The translations under genes and the position numbers were made by a program. The notes beneath the pieces were generated by a model that saw nothing but the letters and a program-made list of their open reading frames with translations, was not told where the DNA came from and searched no databases. Positions 46,964-52,924 of a stretch of DNA of 64,000 bases are shown here, piece by piece. Numbering within the stretch: position 1 is the first letter of the stretch; each line of letters begins with the position of its first letter. Source of the stretch: a virus; IMG/VR virus record IMGVR_UViG_3300022602_000001. One strand, 5' to 3'.

Positions 46964-47479
46964 ATGGCAAAATTTGATCAGTACTTTCCAAGGATATTGG
47001 ACTCAGAGGGCAGAGTGTACGAAAACGTTCCAGGAGACTCCGGTGGGTGCACTCACTACGGTCTAATTCTTGACGACGTAAAGAGCTTTTTTAAAAAATT
47101 GGATGCTACCTGCGAGGACGTAAAGTCCTTGACAGAGGATGATGCTTTTAAAATGTACAAGAGCTTATACTGGGACAAGTTCTTTGCAGATGAAATACTG
47201 AACCAGTCAGTGGCAGAGTATGCGGTAGACGGCGCCATCAACCAGGGAGTCAGGCTGATATCAAAGTACGTCCAGGAGATTGTGGGAATTGCAGTGGACG
47301 GAGTTGTGGGAAAAAATACAGTTGATGCAATCAATGCCCACGATCAGAAGGACCTCTTTGACAGGCTGAAGCAGAAGAGAATCAACAGGTATAACGAGAT
47401 TGTTGCAAACAATCCAAGCCAACAGAAGTTCTTGAAGGGGTGGATGAACCGCGTGAATTGCATATCCTTTAAAGCATAA
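46964..47479 (+). CDS. Endolysin, GH108 with peptidoglycan-binding domain
   Basis: EG...N.PGD.GG.T.YG, Y...YWD, VDG.VG..T, FLKGWMNR motifs. Confidence 0.9.
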   Translation: MAKFDQYFPRILDSEGRVYENVPGDSGGCTHYGLILDDVKSFFKKLDATCEDVKSLTEDDAFKMYKSLYWDKFFADEILNQSVAEYAVDGAINQGVRLISKYVQEIVGIAVDGVVGKNTVDAINAHDQKDLFDRLKQKRINRYNEIVANNPSQQKFLKGWMNRVNCISFKA

Positions 47480-47494
47480 CTAAAATAATATCCT

Positions 47495-47761
47495 ATGACA
47501 TTTAAGGAGTGGATAGTTGACCTATTCAAGGACGAGAGAGGAAGAACTTCAATAAAGCCCGTAGTCGCTTTTTTGGGAGCGTTGTTCCTTTGCGCAACAA
47601 TGTGCACAAATTCCTACAGCCAGAGCAAGGTGAATCCTTCCGACAAGCTGGTGGACGCAGTGATGATAATAACCGCAGTGGGGATGGGAGCGGACAGCTT
47701 AGACAAGTTCACAAAGAAAGATGGTGGAGATTCTCAGCCACCCACAGACAAACAGAGCTGA
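47495..47761 (+). CDS. Holin-like two-TM protein
   Basis: Two hydrophobic segments and charged C-tail, directly after the endolysin. Confidence 0.6.
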   Translation: MTFKEWIVDLFKDERGRTSIKPVVAFLGALFLCATMCTNSYSQSKVNPSDKLVDAVMIITAVGMGADSLDKFTKKDGGDSQPPTDKQS

Positions 47762-47764
47762 TTC

Positions 47765-48124
47765 ATGAAAGACTTAACAAAGCTGACGAGCATCCTATTT
47801 GAGGCACTGGACGAAGACATGGGCTTCTTGGAGTTCTCCTCAAAGAGGCTTGCAGGTGCAACAAAGATAGCGGACGACGCAAAAAAGAAGGGAGGGCCAG
47901 CAATGCTCACGTACCATCACTTTTCAGTAAAGCTCCCGTACTACAGCAGGGCAAAAGATGGAAAGATGGATCCAGAGAAGTCAAAAGAGGAGTACAAAAA
48001 GCTTGTTGAGAGGCTCTCAAAGGCTGGAGACTCCATTGACATGACCCAGACAGAGTTCCAAAAGCTTCTCGGAAGAATAGAGTGCATAGGAGAGCTGATA
48101 ATAAAATCAAAGAACAACAAATAA
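47765..48124 (+). CDS. Hypothetical protein
   Basis: R..GA.KI...A..KGG.A.LTY.HF.VKLPYY motif. Confidence 0.7.
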   Translation: MKDLTKLTSILFEALDEDMGFLEFSSKRLAGATKIADDAKKKGGPAMLTYHHFSVKLPYYSRAKDGKMDPEKSKEEYKKLVERLSKAGDSIDMTQTEFQKLLGRIECIGELIIKSKNNK

Positions 48125-48135
48125 AAACTACAGTT

Positions 48136-48387
48136 ATGACAGAAACAAGAACATTTTTGAGAGTGAGGTGCGCCAAGGAGGACCCACACGGCCTGACACA
48201 GGTGGGAGAGCACTATACGGTGACCTCCTTCACCAAAGAGGGGAACTTCCTGCTGATGGAGTGCGATCCGCCAGACCCGTACAACTGTTTTGATTCCAAC
48301 AGGTTTGAGGAGGAGGGACTCGTCCACTTTGACGTGGACTACGACCAGGACCTGGCGTACGAGGAAGAGTACTGGCAGAACAACTGA
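48136..48387 (+). CDS. Acidic hypothetical protein (start MTETRTF)
   Basis: cagttATG start context at 48136. Confidence 0.6.
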   Translation: MTETRTFLRVRCAKEDPHGLTQVGEHYTVTSFTKEGNFLLMECDPPDPYNCFDSNRFEEEGLVHFDVDYDQDLAYEEEYWQNN

Positions 48388-48482
48388 TTTGGCTGAAAGT
48401 ACAGTGAGAAGACTGGGCGGATTTTGGCCCGCGATTGTAGAGCTTACGCTCCCGCACGCCAATGCGGGAAAATTTAGCCAAA
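48388..48482 (+). ncRNA. Putative multi-branch structured RNA
   Basis: 10-bp closing stem tttggctgaa/tttagccaaa enclosing four hairpins. Confidence 0.5.
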
Positions 48483-48570
48483 CTAAAAAGATAAATTTTT
48501 CTTACAAAAGAATGTTGAGTACTTTTACTATGTAACAACAAAACAAGCATATTTATAAACAAACAGCAGA

Positions 48571-48723
48571 ATGAGGCACACAACATCACACAAATCAAAT
48601 TGGAAGGCAGAATCCGTTATAAGAAATCAGCCGGAGTATTGCTTTATGCCCATTCAAAGTAACGACGGGATGAGCAGAGTCTCAAAGAGTTCGGAAAGTA
48701 ATGAAGAGGACGATTGTAAGTAA
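48571..48723 (+). CDS. Putative 50-aa leader peptide of the tRNA island (not in ORF track)
   Basis: ATG 14 nt after ATATTTAT; ORF ends 20 nt before a terminator. Confidence 0.55.
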   Translation: MRHTTSHKSNWKAESVIRNQPEYCFMPIQSNDGMSRVSKSSESNEEDDCK

Positions 48724-48743
48724 ATTATAAATCTCAAATCATG

Positions 48744-48776
48744 AAAAGCCCCGAACCTAAAAAATTCGGGGTTTTT
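48744..48776 (+). terminator. Intrinsic terminator immediately before the first tRNA
   Basis: aaaagccccgaa-cctaaaaaa-ttcggggttttt. Confidence 0.8.
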
Positions 48777-48786
48777 AATTTTTTCC

Positions 48787-48859
48787 GGTGCTCAAGCTAA
48801 CTTGGTAGAAGCGTAAGTTTGAAAAACTTAAGGACTCGGGTCGAAACCGAGGAGCACCA
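48787..48859 (+). tRNA. tRNA-Phe(GAA)
   Basis: ggtgctc/gagcacc acceptor; taagt-ttGAAaa-actta anticodon arm. Confidence 0.85.
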
Positions 48860-48915
48860 CAAAAAAACAAACATGAAAAAAATAACAATGCATTAGGTAC
48901 CAAACCTAATGTAAA

Positions 48916-49098
48916 GTGAAAGTAAAAAAACTAAAAAATTCATCCTGCAGCAGAGAATACACAATAAGGATGAAGGGCTACAAAGTGTACTGTACAGTGT
49001 GCAACAGACGAGCAGGAGTGTTCAATGCATACTGTGGAAAGGAGAGCAAAAAACAAAACAGAAACTGGAAAAACTACAGAAAAACAAAATGGAAGTGA
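48916..49098 (+). CDS. Small basic protein with CxxC
   Basis: C-terminal RNWKNYRKTKWK motif typical of small phage proteins. Confidence 0.55.
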   Translation: MKVKKLKNSSCSREYTIRMKGYKVYCTVCNRRAGVFNAYCGKESKKQNRNWKNYRKTKWK

Positions 49099-49148
49099 AA
49101 AACTATAAACGAAAGCAGTAGGCTCCCCCTTGACAGAGGGAGCAGAAC

Positions 49149-49222
49149 TCCCTCTTAACTCAGCGGTCAGAGTACTATACTTTTAATATAGGAGTCGCTC
49201 GGTTCAAATCCGGCAGGGGAAC
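49149..49222 (+). tRNA. tRNA-Lys(TTT)
   Basis: ctata-ctTTTaa-tatag anticodon arm; ggttcaaatcc T-arm; imperfect acceptor. Confidence 0.8.
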
Positions 49223-49256
49223 ACAGTTGATCTTTGACATAACAAAACCAAGAAAC

Positions 49257-49328
49257 ACGTCTTAGCATAAGAAATGCAGCAGGCCTCCAAAACCTTGCAT
49301 GGACAGAGTTTGATTCTCTGAAGACGTG
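49257..49328 (+). tRNA. tRNA-Trp(CCA)
   Basis: acgtctt/aagacgt acceptor; ctCCAaa loop; short D-arm. Confidence 0.75.
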
Positions 49329-49334
49329 CAGCAC

Positions 49335-49408
49335 GCTCTAGTAGCTCAATTGAAGAGAGCATTTGACTACGAATCAAAAGGTTGAACGTTTGAGTCGTTC
49401 CTAGAGCC
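49335..49408 (+). tRNA. tRNA-Arg(ACG)
   Basis: gctctag/ctagagc acceptor; tttga-ctACGaa-tcaaa. Confidence 0.88.
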
Positions 49409-49420
49409 AATTTTTTAAAT

Positions 49421-49493
49421 AGTCGAGTGGCCGAGAGGATTAAGGCACAGGGCTGCAAACCCTGCCACGTCAGTTTGACTCTGACCTCGACTT
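49421..49493 (+). tRNA. tRNA-Cys(GCA)
   Basis: agtcgag/ctcgact acceptor, U73; caggg-ctGCAaa-ccctg. Confidence 0.88.
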
Positions 49494-49549
49494 CTAAAAT
49501 AAATTTTTTTGTTTGATTGATTGTTTGTACATTTATCTGACTCTAATAT

Positions 49550-49622
49550 CTAGGTGTGGCCGAGTTGGTAAGGCACTAGCTTTGGGAGCTAGACCAAGCA
49601 GGATCGTCACCTGTCGCCTAGA
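49550..49622 (+). tRNA. tRNA-Pro(TGG)
   Basis: ctaggtg/cgcctag acceptor; ctagc-ttTGGga-gctag. Confidence 0.85.
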
Positions 49623-49630
49623 CAAAATTT

Positions 49631-49703
49631 GGGGATGAAGCTCTAGTGGATGAGCGTGTGCTTTGCAAGCACGATGGTGCGGTTTCGAGTACCGCCTTCT
49701 CCA
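49631..49703 (+). tRNA. tRNA-Ala(TGC)
   Basis: ggggatg/cttctcc acceptor with G3-U70; tgtgc-ttTGCaa-gcacg. Confidence 0.85.
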
Positions 49704-49708
49704 CCCTC

Positions 49709-49783
49709 GGGCGCTTCGCTTAGTTGGTTTTAAAGCCCTTGCCTTACAAGCAAGAGATCATTCGTTCGATTCGGAGCGCGGCA
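49709..49783 (+). tRNA. tRNA-Val(TAC), degenerate 3' acceptor (possible pseudo-tRNA)
   Basis: cttgc-ctTACaa-gcaag and ttcgatt T-loop present; acceptor pairs poorly. Confidence 0.55.
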
Positions 49784-49801
49784 ACAGTGCTTTTTGAAAA
49801 T

Positions 49802-49873
49802 TGCCTGATGGTGTAATGGTAAACATTCCAGATTTTGGATCTGGGGATTTTAGTTCGAGTCTAAATCGGGCAA
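49802..49873 (+). tRNA. tRNA-Gln(TTG)
   Basis: tgcctga/tcgggca acceptor; ccaga-ttTTGga-tctgg. Confidence 0.88.
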
Positions 49874-49875
49874 CT

Positions 49876-50226
49876 ATGGAAATCAAATTTTACAAAGAGA
49901 AAAACGACCTTTGGTACGTAGACCTTCCAGAGTACATAGAGTCGGGAGGCACAAAGGAGGACTGTCAAATGGTGGCAGGAGCGGACGACTGGTTGGACGT
50001 GTTGTCCCAGGGAGAAAGCAGGGTGGTTCTCGAAATCCAAACGGTCCCATTCGACGGAGCAAACTCCCTAACCATGGACGAGCTTCTAACAGATGCCTTT
50101 GGATACGGCGCCTACTACAAAGTGGAAAAGTACAACGGCGTGGACTATCCAGACCTTTCAATTTGGCTGTGCCCAGTGACAGTCTACGTGTTCGGAGAGT
50201 ATCCAAAGACAATCTACTACAGGTAG
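49876..50226 (+). CDS. DUF6717-like hypothetical protein
   Basis: WYVDLPEY, MVAGAD..LD, WLCPVT.YVFGEYPK.IY; start after tRNA-Gln. Confidence 0.75.
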   Translation: MEIKFYKEKNDLWYVDLPEYIESGGTKEDCQMVAGADDWLDVLSQGESRVVLEIQTVPFDGANSLTMDELLTDAFGYGAYYKVEKYNGVDYPDLSIWLCPVTVYVFGEYPKTIYYR

Positions 50227-50231
50227 TTATT

Positions 50232-50315
50232 GGAAGAGTAATTCTAGCGGCCTAGAATCCAGTCTTGAAAACTGTGAGTGCCTCAGGGCATGGGGATCGA
50301 CACCTCACTTTTCCG
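50232..50315 (+). tRNA. tRNA-Ser(TGA)
   Basis: ggaagag/cttttcc acceptor, G73; ctTGAaa loop; long variable arm. Confidence 0.82.
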
Positions 50316-50317
50316 CT

Positions 50318-50388
50318 GGCCTAGAAGCTTTAAGGTGAAGCGCAAGTTTGTGGCACTTGAGAATCCGGATCGGTACCGGGCTTGGCCC
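50318..50388 (+). tRNA. tRNA-His(GTG)
   Basis: caagt-ttGTGgc-acttg; C discriminator. Confidence 0.8.
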
Positions 50389-50404
50389 CCCCCCCCACAG
50401 AAAT

Positions 50405-50491
50405 GGATGGTGAGCAGAGGGTTCTGCAGCTGGTTTGCTAAACCGGCGATCGTTCAAAAAGGCGGTTGAATTTCGATTATTCCGCCATCCG
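50405..50491 (+). tRNA. tRNA-Ser(GCT)
   Basis: ggatggt/gccatcc acceptor; ttGCTaa loop; long variable arm. Confidence 0.8.
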
Positions 50492-50506
50492 CTGAGTTTA
50501 AAAAAT

Positions 50507-50580
50507 GCTCATCTAGCTCAACTGGTTGGAGCACCCGCCTGATACGCGGGAGGTTGTTGGCTCGAATCCAACGATGAGCA
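50507..50580 (+). tRNA. tRNA-Ile(GAT)
   Basis: gctcatc/gatgagc acceptor; cccgc-ctGATac-gcggg. Confidence 0.88.
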
Positions 50581-50627
50581 CAGGTCAGTTTGCTATTTCT
50601 GCGTGGAGTTAAAAAATAGCTGTTTTA

Positions 50628-50699
50628 GCCTTCGTCGTATAAAGGTCAGTACGAAAGACTGTTAATCTTTTTGTCCAAGTTCGAGTCTTGGCGAAGGCG
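50628..50699 (+). tRNA. tRNA-Asn(GTT)
   Basis: gccttcg/cgaaggc acceptor; aaaga-ctGTTaa-tcttt. Confidence 0.9.
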
Positions 50700-50868
50700 C
50701 TAAAAATAAAATGTGAAGACTAAAAAAATAAACTTTTTTCATTCATCCGCATTGTATACTTTTACTCTATAATAGCAACTAATAGATCTTTGAAAATAAA
50801 GACAATAAACTTACACGTAAGGGATTGTGAGCCAGCCGAAAGGTTGCAATTACTCACTTTCCCAGGAA

Positions 50869-50986
50869 ATTTTGATGAATAGCAAGGACCAGCGTTACTT
50901 CGCGTGCATGGTGCACAATTTTTATGTTAAAAAAATACAGAGGTTCAATTCCTCCTGAAACGCTACCAATTTTCTTTCATCTAAAT
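50869..50986 (+). ncRNA. Y-RNA-like scaffold copy 1 with tRNA-like arms
   Basis: gatgaa-T-ag/ct-ttcatc bulged stem and agcgtt/aacgct inner stem enclosing a hairpin, a 7-nt-loop hairpin (atGTTaa) and a T-arm (gagg-ttcaatt-cctc). Confidence 0.65.
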
Positions 50987-50987
50987 C

Positions 50988-51060
50988 GTTCCCGTCGTCT
51001 AATGGTCAGGACAGCCCCCTTTCACGGGGCAAATTTCGGTTCGAGTCCGTGCGTGGAACA
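50988..51060 (+). tRNA. tRNA-Glu(TTC)
   Basis: gcccc-ctTTCac-ggggc; ggttcgagtcc T-arm. Confidence 0.85.
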
Positions 51061-51069
51061 CAAAAATTC

Positions 51070-51143
51070 GGAGTAGTGGTTGAATGGTTTACAACACCGG
51101 CTTGTCGCGCCGTGAGGTGGGGGTTCGAGTCCCCCTTATTCCG
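51070..51143 (+). tRNA. tRNA-Asp(GTC)
   Basis: ggagtag/ttattcc acceptor, G73; ttGTCgc loop. Confidence 0.85.
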
Positions 51144-51160
51144 CCTTGACTTTTTTAAAC

Positions 51161-51237
51161 GTATTCGTATAGGCTCTGTCTCATAAACAGTTGAAACCTT
51201 AACAGGTTACATGAGAGTTCGATTCTCTCCGAATACA
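51161..51237 (+). tRNA. D-armless tRNA-like RNA, anticodon CAT, long variable arm
   Basis: gtattcg/cgaatac acceptor; only 7 nt where the D-arm belongs; ctgt-ctCATaa-acag; gagag-ttcgatt-ctctc. Confidence 0.7.
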
Positions 51238-51262
51238 CTCTGGACTTTTTGAAATAAAGACA

Positions 51263-51397
51263 TTAGTCATAGTAATAGAAAGCGTTTCATCGTGTGGGTT
51301 CGATTCCCATTTTTTGCGACTGCAAAAATAGCCAAATGGTTAAGGCACCAAATTCGTAATTTGTAAAACAAACACGCTCCTAAAATTTCTTGACTAA
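51263..51397 (+). ncRNA. Y-RNA-like scaffold copy 2 containing a circularly permuted tRNA (anticodon CGT)
   Basis: T-arm, loop-closed acceptor stem, D-arm and anticodon arm in that order, inside a ttagtca-T-ag/ct-tgactaa stem. Confidence 0.8.
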
Positions 51398-51410
51398 ATT
51401 ATTTGATCAC

Positions 51411-51483
51411 AGCTGGTGGGAGGTAAGGTATCTCGTTGGTCTCATAAGCCAAAATAACCCCGTTCGATTCGGGGACGCAGCAA
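51411..51483 (+). tRNA. tRNA-Met(CAT), initiator-like
   Basis: ttggt-ctCATaa-gccaa; ccccg-ttcgatt-cgggg; mismatched first acceptor pair. Confidence 0.72.
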
Positions 51484-51502
51484 CTAAAGTGAAGTAAAGT
51501 AC

Positions 51503-51757
51503 AATCTAGAGCAGCAGTACCCATAGGGCAACATTGCGTACCCCTGAATTGACAGGCCGTTTATTGAAACAGATAAGCGTGGTGGGATTTCTACCTGCGA
51601 ATGGCCAGTCGCTACTACTGGTGTCTGAGTGGGTGTAATTAACCTTTCCTCCCGAAGTGGGAGGCTTACTGTACGTGCTGGTACAGACAGGGATAATACC
51701 TTGATGGAAGGAGCCGGTTAATTACCGTATTACCGTAGCAGGCTGCTGCTCTAGATT
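51503..51757 (+). ncRNA. Unidentified 255-nt structured ncRNA
   Basis: Perfect 15-bp terminal stem aatctagagcagcag/ctgctgctctagatt; internal 10-bp stem and multiple hairpins; flanked by tRNAs. Confidence 0.75.
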
Positions 51758-51758
51758 T

Positions 51759-51830
51759 GGCGCCGTAGTTCAAAGGCAGAACATTTGGCTCATATCCAAA
51801 AGGTTGAGATCTCAGAATTCTCCGGCGCCA
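51759..51830 (+). tRNA. tRNA-Met/Ile2(CAT)
   Basis: ggcgccg/cggcgcc acceptor; tttgg-ctCATat-ccaaa; atypical T-loop. Confidence 0.8.
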
Positions 51831-51956
51831 CGAAGAGCATGAAGGCCACATGATCGTAGATCCTCTCAGCCTCTCAACGATGCACACTGTAGAGCCAGAC
51901 CGTAGGCTGGATGAGTTGACAACTTACTCACTGACTTTAGAAAAGTTGTAAATTTT

Positions 51957-52029
51957 GCCTGAATAACTCAATTGGTAGAGTATCTCATTTGTAATGAGAA
52001 GGTTGCGGATTCGATTTCTGCTTCAGGCT
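51957..52029 (+). tRNA. tRNA-Thr(TGT)
   Basis: gcctgaa/ttcaggc acceptor; tctca-ttTGTaa-tgaga. Confidence 0.9.
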
Positions 52030-52057
52030 CAAAAATAGCAGCATTGCTGCTTTTCAT

Positions 52058-52132
52058 GCGACAGTCGTATAATGGTCATTACTCCATCCTTCCAAGTTGG
52101 AGATGAAGGTTCGATTCCTTTCTGTCGCTCCA
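52058..52132 (+). tRNA. tRNA-Gly(TCC)
   Basis: gcgacag/ctgtcgc acceptor with encoded tCCA; ctTCCaa loop. Confidence 0.9.
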
Positions 52133-52158
52133 GTGGACTTTTTTGAAATTGGTCAATT

Positions 52159-52232
52159 GATCCCATAGCTCAACTGAACAGAGCAATTGCCTTCTAAGCA
52201 ATAGGTTTCCAGTTTGAATCTGGATGGGATCA
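52159..52232 (+). tRNA. tRNA-Arg(TCT)
   Basis: gatccca/tgggatc acceptor; attgc-ctTCTaa-gcaat. Confidence 0.9.
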
Positions 52233-52247
52233 CTTTAAAAATGAAAC

Positions 52248-52574
52248 ATGACAGCAAGAGAGTTGAAGGACCACATTCTAAATTACATGACGGCAGAGGA
52301 GGCTCTTGAGAGGCTCATTGCGTCCACTGTGAAAAATTTAAACGAAGAAGAGGAAAGTTCCCATGAAAGAATCTACCTCGAGGAGGACCAGGAATCTGAA
52401 TTAGACGAGACAGACACCGAATTGCCCAACTACAATTCTCCCTACTTTGAAATAATTACTGCAGCAAAGAAGCTGGGCTGGGACATAGCGATTCAAGGGG
52501 ACAAGGACTTTGTGAGAGGGATATCGATAGGCACGGCTGAGTACTTGGACGAGAACATAAAACATACAACATGA
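52248..52574 (+). CDS. Acidic hypothetical protein
   Basis: 108-aa ORF inside the tRNA island. Confidence 0.65.
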   Translation: MTARELKDHILNYMTAEEALERLIASTVKNLNEEEESSHERIYLEEDQESELDETDTELPNYNSPYFEIITAAKKLGWDIAIQGDKDFVRGISIGTAEYLDENIKHTT

Positions 52575-52780
52575 TAATTTTATTCGTTTACCACATAATC
52601 GCTGTTGCGTATTGCATGTGGAGAATTCTAAAGAGGTACAAGAAGTCCTCCTTGGACGGAGTCATAGGAACCAGCCCTGGGTTGGACACCTTGGCGGTGG
52701 TTTTTTTGGCGCCGCTGCTGATGCCCCTGGATCTTCTGATCACTCTGGCAGGGCTCAAAAAGAAGAAGGAGTCCGCATAA
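52571..52780 (+). CDS. Small two-TM membrane protein
   Basis: Two hydrophobic stretches; ATGA overlap with the upstream gene. Confidence 0.65.
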   Translation: MIILFVYHIIAVAYCMWRILKRYKKSSLDGVIGTSPGLDTLAVVFLAPLLMPLDLLITLAGLKKKKESA

Positions 52781-52792
52781 ACTTTTTAAAAA

Positions 52793-52921
52793 CTGGCGGG
52801 TGGTGAAAAGCTACATGGTGGCTGGGTAAACACACCTCATAGTCTCTGAGGCGCGGAACAGGAAATAGATTGCAATTGCCGTTGAATCCCCGCTTGTTGG
52901 TTCAAGCCCAACCTCGCCAGC
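52793..52921 (+). ncRNA. Oversized tRNA-like RNA (8-bp acceptor, expanded D-loop and variable arm)
   Basis: ctggcggg/ctcgccag; cctca-tagtctc-tgagg; gttgg-ttcaagc-ccaac. Confidence 0.7.
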
Positions 52922-52924
52922 GAC

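Noticed and set aside
50386-50396. Poly-C tract after tRNA-His as a phase-variation site
   Set aside because: It is non-coding, sits at a tRNA 3' end, and may be homopolymer length noise.
50278-50469. 63-aa ORF (and 51666-51887, 52837-53022, 49204-49458)
   Set aside because: These overlap tRNAs or structured RNAs.
51503-51757. Assignment as RNase P RNA, tmRNA or a group I intron
   Set aside because: Conserved core motifs for these classes were not found by eye; left unassigned.
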